Assembly: GCA_043803945.1 (NCBI GenBank)
Contig: JAZDJN010000116.1
Coordinates: 1 to 21,730 of the forward strand
Direction of reading: 5' to 3'
Length of the DNA stretch: 21,730 bases
Origin: a bacterium
GTDB taxonomy: Bacteria; Bacteroidota; Ignavibacteria; UBA10030
In this document: piece by piece, positions 13,977-21,672 of the stretch
Numbering within the stretch: the stretch's first letter is position 1
How the letters are laid out: each line of letters starts with the position of its first letter
Made by a program: the position numbers and the translations under genes
The notes under the pieces: model-generated
The model's database searches: none
Told to the model about the DNA's origin: nothing
Seen by the model: only the letters and a program-made list of their open reading frames with translations

Positions 13977-14711
13977 ATGGCAAAACGCGCACTCTCATTC
14001 AATCCTATTGGTGTGGTGAAAACACCCCACAACTCAAAGTATGATGCACCCCGGCAACCGGCTTCGGCAACAAAGTCATCTGTCGGTGTTATTACATTGA
14101 ACGAAGGATCAAACTTTGAGCAGGCGCTCGAGGATCTCCAGGGATTCGATTATATCTGGGTGCTCTTCTGGTTCCATAAAAACAAGAACTGGAAGCCGAA
14201 GGTGCTTCCACCCCATGGAGTAAGAACGAAGCGCGGTCTCTTTTCCACCCGATCACCTCATCGGCCAAATCCGATAGGATTGTCACTCTGCAAACTGATC
14301 GATGTCAAAGGCCGTACCATCCGCATTGAGAATCCTGATATGCTCGATGGCACTCTCGTACTGGATATCAAACCTTATCTTCCTCATGCAGAAGCATTTC
14401 CGAATGCACGAAGCGGTTGGATTAATGAATCAAACGAACAGAGCTACCCTGCCTATTCAGTACTCTTCGCTCCAGAAGTCACCAGAGTATTGGAGGAATT
14501 GGATGCCGATAAGCGTCAGGAAATCACTACATACCTCTCAAACCTTCTGGCGCACGATCCCTTCCCCCATTCCTATCGGAGGATCAAAGTATTGAAGGAT
14601 GGCACATCGATGATTGCCGTCAAGCGCTGGAGATTTATTTATGGCATAAAAGAATTGAACGTGCACGTCTTCGGAATCGCTCACGACAAAGAGCGGAGAA
14701 GCAGGGCATGA
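13977..14711 (+). CDS. trmO: tRNA (N6-threonylcarbamoyladenosine37-N6)-methyltransferase TrmO with RelE-fold C-terminal domain
   Basis: PIGVV, APRQP, LQGFDYIWVLFWFH, RGLFSTRSPHRPNPIGLS, DMLDGTLVLDIKPY are TrmO/TsaA/YaeB motifs. Confidence 0.93.
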   Translation: MAKRALSFNPIGVVKTPHNSKYDAPRQPASATKSSVGVITLNEGSNFEQALEDLQGFDYIWVLFWFHKNKNWKPKVLPPHGVRTKRGLFSTRSPHRPNPIGLSLCKLIDVKGRTIRIENPDMLDGTLVLDIKPYLPHAEAFPNARSGWINESNEQSYPAYSVLFAPEVTRVLEELDADKRQEITTYLSNLLAHDPFPHSYRRIKVLKDGTSMIAVKRWRFIYGIKELNVHVFGIAHDKERRSRA

Positions 14712-16528
14712 GAAATCGTTCCACTGTTCTGGAGTTGTTATCGCCGGCCCGCGATCTGGAATGCGGCCTTGCGGCGATCAATCATGGCGCTGATGCAGTC
14801 TATATCGGAGCTCCGAAATTTGGCGCCCGTGTTGCCGCTGGGAACTCCTTTTCCGATATCGCAGCGTTGATCACCTATGCCCATAAATACTGGGCACGCG
14901 TCTATATCACGCTGAATACGATACTCTACGATAATGAATTGGAAGAAGTACGCTCTATTATAGAACAGGTGTATGAAGCCGGGGCAGATGCCCTTATCAT
15001 TCAGGATATGGGGCTTCTGGAGCTTGACCTCCCGCCCATTCCCCTGTTTGCCAGCACGCAAACGCACAATTACGAGATTGAAAAGATCCAATTCCTTGAA
15101 CATGTCGGTATTCAGCGGGTCATCCTTGCCCGTGAATTATCATTGAAGCAGGTGCAGGCAATCAGAGCCGCCACGACAATCGACCTGGAGTTTTTTATTC
15201 ATGGAGCACTCTGTGTAAGTTTCAGCGGGCAGTGTTATTTCAGTCAAGTGACAAAAAGCCGAAGTGCCAACAGAGGCGAGTGTGCCCAGCCTTGCCGCCT
15301 CCCCTATACACTCACCGACAGCCGGGGCACAACACTCGCGGACAATCAACATCTGCTCTCACTGAAGGACTTGAACTTATCGGAGTATCTTACCGATCTT
15401 ATCGATACCGGCGTAACATCGTTTAAAATCGAAGGTCGCCTGAAAGAAGCTTCTTACGTAAAAAATATTACTGCATTCTACCGTGCGAAACTCGATGCCA
15501 TCATTGAAGAGCGGGAAGGACTTCAGCGTTCCTCTTCAGGCAACACAACATTTACTTTTACTCCAGATCCCGAAAAGACTTTTCATCGCGGTTCTACTGA
15601 GTATTTCATCCGCGGCCGAAGGAGTGAGCTTGTGTCATTGCGGACTCCAAAGTCGATTGGCAAACATATTGGTACTGTCCAACGCGTCGGGAAAGAGTTC
15701 TTTACGTTGAAGACTGCTGAAGAGCTTCATAACGGGGATGGCATTTGCTTCTTCAATGATCAGGATGACTTAATCGGATCCAACATCAACACGGTGACTG
15801 GAGACAAGGTATTCCCGAATTCAATGGAGGGGATAGAAACTGGTATAGTTCTGTACAGAAACTATGATCATCAATTTATACAGCAGTTGAAATCGGAAAG
15901 CGCAAAGCGTAAGGTAGGGATCACTCTCTTGTTCGATGAGATTGAAGAGGGCTTTCAATTACGGGGTGTCGATGAGGATGGAAACGAAGCGGTTGCTCAC
16001 ATCAACCATGGAAAAGAACAGGCAAGGAAAGCCGGAACAGCGAACACAACCATCTGGACACAATTCTCGAAGCTCGGCGATACGATTTTTGAGATTGAGA
16101 ATATCACGATTGCATTGAATGAGGAGTATTTCCTTCCAGTATCTGTGCTTAACAATCTCAGGAGGGAGTGTCTTGCTGCACTTGAAATGGAACGTTATCG
16201 GAAGTATCAGCGACCGGTCTCGAAGATAATTCCCAACGAGGTACCCTACCCTCAAACTACACTCGACTATTTTGCAAATGTTGTCAATGAACGAGCTGTG
16301 CAGTTCTACAAACGTCATGGCGTGCAGAAGATTGAACAAGGATTGGAACTTCAGGAAGATACTGCGGGAAAAGTACTGATGACCACCCGCCATTGCCTCA
16401 AGTTCCAGCTTGATCTCTGCCGCGGCGATCGAGAACATGCGGAAGTACTCTACCTCTCGGATGGAAAAGCAACATACAAGGTGGTGTTCAATTGCGATGA
16501 ATGTGTGATGAAGATTGTATCGATGTGA
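14708..16528 (+). CDS. rlhA: U32-family Fe-S RNA hydroxylase, long form (23S rRNA ho5C2501 synthase RlhA-like)
   Basis: 606 aa. ELLSPA, GADAVYIG, EFFIHGALCVSFSGQC, SANRGECAQPCRLPY, SFKIEGR, and a C-terminal DUF3656-like region with LMTTRHCLK. ATGA overlap with trmO. Confidence 0.85.
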   Translation: MRNRSTVLELLSPARDLECGLAAINHGADAVYIGAPKFGARVAAGNSFSDIAALITYAHKYWARVYITLNTILYDNELEEVRSIIEQVYEAGADALIIQDMGLLELDLPPIPLFASTQTHNYEIEKIQFLEHVGIQRVILARELSLKQVQAIRAATTIDLEFFIHGALCVSFSGQCYFSQVTKSRSANRGECAQPCRLPYTLTDSRGTTLADNQHLLSLKDLNLSEYLTDLIDTGVTSFKIEGRLKEASYVKNITAFYRAKLDAIIEEREGLQRSSSGNTTFTFTPDPEKTFHRGSTEYFIRGRRSELVSLRTPKSIGKHIGTVQRVGKEFFTLKTAEELHNGDGICFFNDQDDLIGSNINTVTGDKVFPNSMEGIETGIVLYRNYDHQFIQQLKSESAKRKVGITLLFDEIEEGFQLRGVDEDGNEAVAHINHGKEQARKAGTANTTIWTQFSKLGDTIFEIENITIALNEEYFLPVSVLNNLRRECLAALEMERYRKYQRPVSKIIPNEVPYPQTTLDYFANVVNERAVQFYKRHGVQKIEQGLELQEDTAGKVLMTTRHCLKFQLDLCRGDREHAEVLYLSDGKATYKVVFNCDECVMKIVSM

Positions 16529-16587
16529 AATGAACTTCCACTCTCCCTGTCCGATCCACACTAAGAAATTCCGTGATTCACAGGCAC

Positions 16588-16621
16588 AAAAAAAGGCCCG
16601 GTATGTTACCGAGCCTTTTTT
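16588..16621. terminator. Bidirectional intrinsic terminator between the convergent rlhA and lamin-tail genes
   Basis: A7-GGCCCGGTA-TGT-TACCGAGCC-T6. The stem is fully paired (one G-U) on the minus strand and has one mismatch on the plus strand. Confidence 0.85.
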
Positions 16622-16648
16622 ACTTTCGTACCAGACAAAGAAGAAATA

Positions 16649-17821
16649 TTATCGGAGCAGAAGCATCTTTGCTGATTTGGCGTATGTTCCGGTCACCAAT
16701 TCATAGAAATAAGTACCACTCGATACATCTCGCCCTGAGTTATCCTTGCCGTCCCACACGAGTACATGTGATCCTGCCTGTTGCTCGCTATTCACCAGAG
16801 TCCTGACCCGCTGTCCAATTGAATTATAAACCTGCAATTGGACAAATTCCTGGTGTGGAATGAGAAATGAGATCGTGGTTGATGGATTAAAAGGATTGGG
16901 ATAGTTTTGATGGAGATCATATTCTATAGCAATGGAGGAATAATCTTGCACCGCCGTCGCACTGCCATTCGATGTGCCACGGGTTATCGTATTCAGAAGC
17001 TTCCACGCACCTCCGTCCGGAGATCTGCCAAACGTCTGTGAGACATCCATCGCTGCAAAGGTAACTGTATCGATGATCGTTCCACTCGAATCTTCCAACC
17101 ACACCATTTCACCAGAGCTCGACAGCCCAAAATCTGAAGTCGCTGAGCCATCTGTAACAATAACGAAAAAACCCTTTGCAGGAATCATCGTGCCTGCAGG
17201 GATGTCCTTCTTGGGTTTTGTACCACTCTGTCCGCCGACATTGTAAATTTTGTATCCTGTAAGATTGATCGCTATCGACGATGCATTGTAGAGCTCGATC
17301 CAATCAGGGTCCGTGGTTGTGCCTCTCGAATAGATCTCGTTCATCATAATCGGTGCATTCGCGGTTCCTCTCGTTATCTTGTTCAGCAACTTCCATGATG
17401 CTCCATCAGGATACCTTCCATAGGTCTGCGAAACATCCATCGCTGTAAATGTGATCGAATCGATAATCGCTCCGGAGGCATTTCCCAGCCACACAGTTTC
17501 ACCAGAGCTCGACAGCCCAAAATCTGAAGTCGCTGAGCCATCTGTAACAATAACGAAAAAACCCTTTGCAGGAATCACCGTGCCTGCAGGGATGTCCTTC
17601 TTGGGTTTTGTACCACTCTGTCCGCCGACATCGTAGATCTTGTATCCGCTGATGTCGATTTGTGTTGCAGATCCATTATAAATTTCGATCCAGTCTGGAT
17701 CGGCAGTGACTCCCCTCGAATAGATCTCATTCATCTTAACGGCAGATGATTGAGCAAAGCTCTGGTTATTAACCAGAGAAAGAGCGAGGAGAGCTAGAAC
17801 GAGTAGGCTCAATTGTTTCAT
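16649..17821 (-). CDS. Secreted protein with two lamin-tail domains and a FlgD-Ig/T9SS type A sorting domain
   Basis: Signal peptide; two copies of MNEIYSRG...DWIE(I/L)YN...L/I-(S/T)GYKI...FGLSSSGE-x-VWL...GR-x-PDG...W; C-terminal LHQNYPNPFNPSTTISF...VRTLV...WDGKD...SSGTYFYEL...KMLLLR. AAGGAG RBS. Confidence 0.92.
   Translation of the reverse strand: MKQLSLLVLALLALSLVNNQSFAQSSAVKMNEIYSRGVTADPDWIEIYNGSATQIDISGYKIYDVGGQSGTKPKKDIPAGTVIPAKGFFVIVTDGSATSDFGLSSSGETVWLGNASGAIIDSITFTAMDVSQTYGRYPDGASWKLLNKITRGTANAPIMMNEIYSRGTTTDPDWIELYNASSIAINLTGYKIYNVGGQSGTKPKKDIPAGTMIPAKGFFVIVTDGSATSDFGLSSSGEMVWLEDSSGTIIDTVTFAAMDVSQTFGRSPDGGAWKLLNTITRGTSNGSATAVQDYSSIAIEYDLHQNYPNPFNPSTTISFLIPHQEFVQLQVYNSIGQRVRTLVNSEQQAGSHVLVWDGKDNSGRDVSSGTYFYELVTGTYAKSAKMLLLR
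17107..17631. repeat. 135-bp near-identical direct repeat (17107-17241 vs 17497-17631), period 390 nt
   Basis: Only one mismatch (17188 T vs 17578 C) by manual alignment, while flanking parts of the two lamin-tail domains are clearly diverged. Confidence 0.9.
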
Positions 17822-17884
17822 CGTAGCTCCTTAGTATTGATTAGTAAAAATATCATGCAATAATTTGTTCCACATGGATTCTTA

Positions 17885-18302
17885 TCACTGCGGCTTTTGA
17901 AAAACATATAGCTTACCATCCGCATCCGAAATAATATATAGTTTATTCTGGACGATTGTAATTCCTTCTCCCTTGGAAAATGGAATGGAGTATTCGGAAA
18001 GCACCGTGCCGTTCATATCGAGCTTCAAGACCTTCTGCGATTCATCGCTGACAATCCATAAACAATTTGCCTGTTCCTTATAAAATATATCCGAGAGGTC
18101 AAGAGCTGCAGTAATTTCTTTCCGCGCGAGCTCCTGTCCTCGATAGTACTCCAGCATCAACCGGGGTGCCTTTTCATTGAGAATAAAAAGATGGTTCCTC
18201 TTATCGATCGTGACACCCTCAAGCGCATTGTTCGGAACGGTGGCAACCTTGACCATGAAGGAAGAAATCTTTGTTCCATTTGTCAGATAGGCTGTAACCA
18301 TT
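17885..18302 (-). pseudogene. C-terminal fragment of an SdiA-regulated/YjiK-like beta-propeller protein (5' part missing)
   Basis: NNALEGVT, LFILNEKAP, DLSDIFY, LWIVSDES, KGEGIT, LYIISD motifs. No signal peptide or convincing RBS; abuts the porin fragment directly. Confidence 0.7.
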
Positions 18303-18408
18303 GGATCCACATGTCTCGAAGATCAAGAACCGCTTCGGCAAAATCAATATCCATCTCGGCTTGCCAATCCTTCCAGAGGACAGACTTGAAGGCGAAGGTC
18401 AGTCTTCT
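18303..18408 (-). pseudogene. Internal ~35-codon fragment of an OprO/OprP-like phosphate-selective porin
   Basis: (F)RRLTFAFKSVLWKDWQAEMDIDFAEAVLDLRDMWI matches the N-terminal RR-x-R...W...(E/D)-x-DFA...(K/R)D-x-(W/Y)I strands of Porin_O_P and is unlike a helical DUF47 C-terminus. Confidence 0.6.
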
Positions 18409-18922
18409 AAAAATCGTGCGTTTGATGCGTTCGGCAATCTTGTTCGTTTCCTTCTTGTAAAACTGTACCTTCGTTACATAATCCCTCACAGCATCGATAT
18501 TCTTGAAGTAGGATCGGATGCCGCTCACTGTGTTCTCCAGGCATGAGACTGAACTATCGGCGAGTTCCATAAAATCCTGTTTGAGCATTGCGGTGATATC
18601 TGGTATCTCCACAGAAAACTCGAGCAAGGTTTCTGTCGTTATGTTCAGCACCTTGTCACAGCTTTCCAGCAATCCGAGCACATCACCCCGCGCCTCAGGG
18701 ATTAGTGTCCTCGTATATAGCTTGATCTCGATATTCCTTCGCAAATCATCCGCCCGGTCTTCGATCTTCCGGAGGTCGCTGAGATAACTTTCAAATTCTT
18801 CAGACTGATTCTCGAGATAACACCTGATCCCATTTTTAAAGATCACCCCCCTTGATCACCAGATCAAGATATTCATCGATTTGGGATTCTAACTCTCTTG
18901 TGCGCTTGAAATACAGTGACAT
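18409..18922 (-). pseudogene. DUF47/PhoU-like phosphate transport regulator, frameshifted and 3'-truncated
   Basis: ATG 18922 after AGGTGA gives MSLYFKRTRELESQIDEYLDLVIKGG. The frame changes at the G6 run (18846-18851), then IEDRADDLRRNIEIKLYTRTLIPEARGDVLGLLESCDKV. Homology is lost after RIKRTIFR. Confidence 0.8.
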
Positions 18923-18929
18923 TGTTGCA

Positions 18930-19076
18930 TCACCTGATTATCGGTGATTCACCGTTTGGATTATCGACATTATTCCGTACAAGATCCCGGAAGAACACCA
19001 AATACAGAATTCCGACGAGGGAGAGAACAATTGCCAGAACGGGAGATTTTGTACGTGATTTAAACTGCATTTTCAC
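18930..19076 (-). pseudogene. Probable chimeric remnant: signal-peptide-like N-terminus joined to a membrane-protein C-terminus (possibly PiT)
   Basis: MQFKSRTKSPVLAIVLSLVGILY from 19070. Another frame reads SGILYGIMSIIQTVNHR-stop (stop 18940-18938), ending just before the DUF47 RBS where PiT genes often lie. Identity is inference only. Confidence 0.3.
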
Positions 19077-19144
19077 ATAGGCATGTTCACCCAGTTTGAG
19101 CTTGGGCGATTGAAGAATGACGCAATTTCTGGTACTGCGGCTGT

Positions 19145-20448
19145 TCAAAATGGCGCTATCCCCAGGAATCTAAACCAGGTGAGTCCTGCCAGAACGAATA
19201 AGAATACTCCTATTGTAGCGATGATAATGCCATACTTCAGGTTGTCAAGGACAGAATACTGGCCTGTCGTGAAGAGGATGACATTCGGTTTGGCACTGAT
19301 CGACAGTCCAACCACCCAATCGATAGTAAAAGCGGCGGGCAACGCCAGCGCCAATGGATTGATCCCCAATTCCTGGGCGAGGGCAATAGTAAAGGGAATC
19401 AAAATTATCGTTCGCATAGTCTTGGAGGTAAAAACGAGATGCGAATACATCATCACGGCGATAACGATAGTATACAGTACCCAGAAGTTGATGTCTTTTC
19501 CAATATTCAGCAGCACAAATAAATTCTGGATGACCCACTTTGCGGCACCGGTATCATTGAGTGCTAACCCGCCGGCATAGGCGCCCGCACTGAACAACAT
19601 CAAATGCCATGGAATATCGCATTCATTCCATTTGAGCAGGCCAACTTTGGGAAGCAGCGTGATGATGCCGCCAATCATAGCAGCCATCACCGGATCAATC
19701 TGAAAACCAAAGAGTTCAACATGAAATCGATCCGTCACCCATAAGATAACCACAATTCCAAAAATGACGGTACCTTTTTTTTCCAGGGAGCTCATCTTGC
19801 CCATGGCATCGAGCTGCTTTTTTAACGCTTCGATGCCGCCCTTTACTGCAGGCAGCTTTTCCTTCGTGCGGAGTTTGAACAAGAGCTTTGGACCAATAAT
19901 CCACGCAATCGCCATCGTAACAAGTACGACCGGTAAATTGGCAATCATCCAATCGGTATAATAGACTTTTGTTCCGGCCATGCTAAAGATGAAAGAGATC
20001 GCTATCAGATTAGCAGTGCTGCCTGTCATGAAACCGGATGAGAAGATATTAATGCCCAGAAGATTCTGGAGAAAGAGATTCTTGCCAAATCTGTTCGGAT
20101 TATCATTGGTCGATCCATAAATCGATGCCACGATAAGCATAATGGGAAGTGTAATCACTGTGCGTGCGGCGGTTGCCGGTATCATCGGAGCAAGCACTAA
20201 TTGCAAAATACGAAATGCCGCCATCATCAGCATGGCGCTGTGTCCAAATTTGACTATCAGGGTGAGTGCAATTCGCTTCGCTATCTTTGTCTTGACAAGC
20301 AGAGAACTCAGAATAAAAGCGAGCACATTCAACCAGATAACATCAAATTGTGCTTATCGAGATCTAACAAGTCATCCAGATTTTGGCCATTCACTTTACC
20401 CACCATGCCGTTTGCCGCAGCCGATCTGGCGTCTCTCGAGGCAGTCAT
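19145..20448 (-). pseudogene. DASS/SLC13 sodium:anion symporter, disrupted near the 5' end
   Basis: IPATAART, FMTGSTANLIA, IPWHLMLFSAG, ISAKPNVILF motifs over about 400 aa. The frame extends to FDVIWLNV near 20347 without a proper start or RBS. A short N-terminus from ATG 20448 (MTASRD...LDDLLDLDKH) is out of frame, and the first TM helices are missing. Confidence 0.75.
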
Positions 20449-20452
20449 GGAA

Positions 20453-20926
20453 TTATGACTTCTCCCACGTGGTGTAAGGATTCTTGATCAGATTGGAATT
20501 GAAATAGCGCGGATCGCCCGAGACTTCCCCGCCAACCCATGCCGGCAGATCGATCTTGACGTTCTCATCGCTCAATTCCACTTCTGCAACGACCAGCCCT
20601 TCGTTCACGCCATGGAATTCATCAATTTCCCATGTGAGGCCGGCGTGCTCGATTTTGGCTCGATACTTTTCGATAATCGGCTTCTCGCATAAATTATCCA
20701 GCATGATGTTGGCATCTTCCGCCGGAATTTCGTACTCGAATTCGCTCCGTGTAACACCAATGGTGATTCCCTTGATTGTCAGGAATCCCTTCTCGCTGAT
20801 CGTTCGTACACGAACCACCCGCTCCTTCACGGTGGAGAGATATCCCTGCCTGTAGTATTTTCCTTTGGCGAGTGATTTCCATTCATCGGACTTGATTAAA
20901 AATTTGCGTTCTATTTCTTTTCCCAT
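20453..20926 (-). CDS. CYTH/triphosphate tunnel metalloenzyme (157 aa, intact)
   Basis: True start ATG 20926 after TAAGGAG: MGKEIERKFL, RQGYL, VRVR, LTIKG, RSEFEYEIP, IEKYR, WEIDEF, GLVVAEVEL, EVSGDPRYFNSNL. Confidence 0.92.
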   Translation of the reverse strand: MGKEIERKFLIKSDEWKSLAKGKYYRQGYLSTVKERVVRVRTISEKGFLTIKGITIGVTRSEFEYEIPAEDANIMLDNLCEKPIIEKYRAKIEHAGLTWEIDEFHGVNEGLVVAEVELSDENVKIDLPAWVGGEVSGDPRYFNSNLIKNPYTTWEKS

Positions 20927-20937
20927 CGCAGCTCTCC

Positions 20938-21155
20938 TTATTTCATACCGACCAGGTTTTTTAATCCACTGCAGTGTTTTGATGTCCATGAGGTTATCGC
21001 GAACTTTGGTATTATCCATACTCACTTCAGAGAGGATATAGACTTCTGAGCTTTCCCCGGGTCTTTCCTTCAGGAAATTTCCTGATGTTTTCTTCAGCTT
21101 TTCCAAGATCATTTGTGAATGTGCGCCATTCCCAGCGTGGGATAATTTCTTGCAT
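20938..21155 (-). pseudogene. Divergent CYTH-like protein remnant (frameshift plus probable internal deletion)
   Basis: AGGAG RBS, then MQEIIPRWEWRTF...GKTR. One extra G in the run at 21055-21058 shifts to ESSEVYILS...NTKVRDNLMDIKTLQ. A short tail GLKNLVGMK-stop overlaps the next RBS. Far too short for a CYTH barrel. Confidence 0.6.
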
Positions 21156-21529
21156 AGGATCTCCTAGCCCAAGTTCGACAGTTGTGAAGAAAAGATGGCG
21201 ATTCTGTTGAGCATAGGGCATAAATGTTAAAAAGTCGGCACTACATTTTTGAGTTTCAATTCGAGCCGTTCAGGTGGTCTCAGGTCGAGTCTCTGAAGCA
21301 AGAGAGCTAAAGGTGGCTCCGGTTTTGAGATGCACCGGAGTCTAATGTCGATCTGTGTGCGCGTTAGAAGAACGACATCGATGAGCGTCAGGCTTTTAAT
21401 GTCTTCAAGAATAGTCCTCGGCTCGTTGCCCAAGCCTGATCGCTTACATATCTGGCCGAGACATTTCCATATCACATACGCAAGGAAGCACACCAGGATG
21501 TGAGCCTGCACACGATCCTCTCGTTGGTG

Positions 21530-21545
21530 TCCCGACAAGTCGGGA
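21530..21545. repeat. 16-nt palindromic micro-insertion TCCCGAC-AA-GTCGGGA in the transposase
   Basis: Perfect 7-bp IR located exactly at the frameshift between LKLR and HQREDR. Confidence 0.8.
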
Positions 21546-21642
21546 GACGAAGCTTCAAGTCCTGTTTGTGAATGCGGAAGGCTGCTTCCGCTTCTGTCAG
21601 TTGGATGTAGGCTTTCCAAAGATCCTCAGGCGTCCAGTCTTT

Positions 21643-21672
21643 TCAGCCAGAGGCTGATAAGCCTTTGGCTTA
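21643..21672. repeat. 30-nt double-hairpin micro-insertion TCAGCC-AGA-GGCTGA / TAAGCC-TTT-GGCTTA in the transposase
   Basis: Two adjacent 15-nt palindromes. Exact removal restores LLRTNIKDWTPE in frame. Confidence 0.88.

Noticed and set aside
15959-16561. 200-aa minus-strand ORF and other ORFs overlapping speY, ODC, rlhA and the DASS gene
   Set aside because: Antisense or alternate-frame shadows of well-supported genes.
17107-17631. Template/variable repeat pair of a diversity-generating retroelement
   Set aside because: Both copies are in frame in one gene, there is only one mismatch, and no reverse transcriptase is in the window.
18283-18846. 187-aa ORF as a novel DUF47 fusion protein
   Set aside because: Lacks its true N-terminus (frameshift) and ends in a 35-codon porin fragment; better explained as deletion debris.
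18846-21058. Programmed frameshifting or phase variation at the G-runs (18846-18851, 21055-21058)
   Set aside because: The runs are short, and both genes are also truncated by deletions, so restoring the frame would not give full proteins. Sequencing error remains possible.
20453-21112. 219-aa CYTH ORF with N-terminal extension, as in the track
   Set aside because: Accidental in-frame join to the upstream pseudogene. The real start is ATG 20926, with a TAAGGAG RBS immediately before EIERKF.
21643-21672. Stop-codon recoding or alternative genetic code in the transposase
   Set aside because: The stops lie within a removable palindromic insert, and intact genes end normally at TAA, TAG and TGA.
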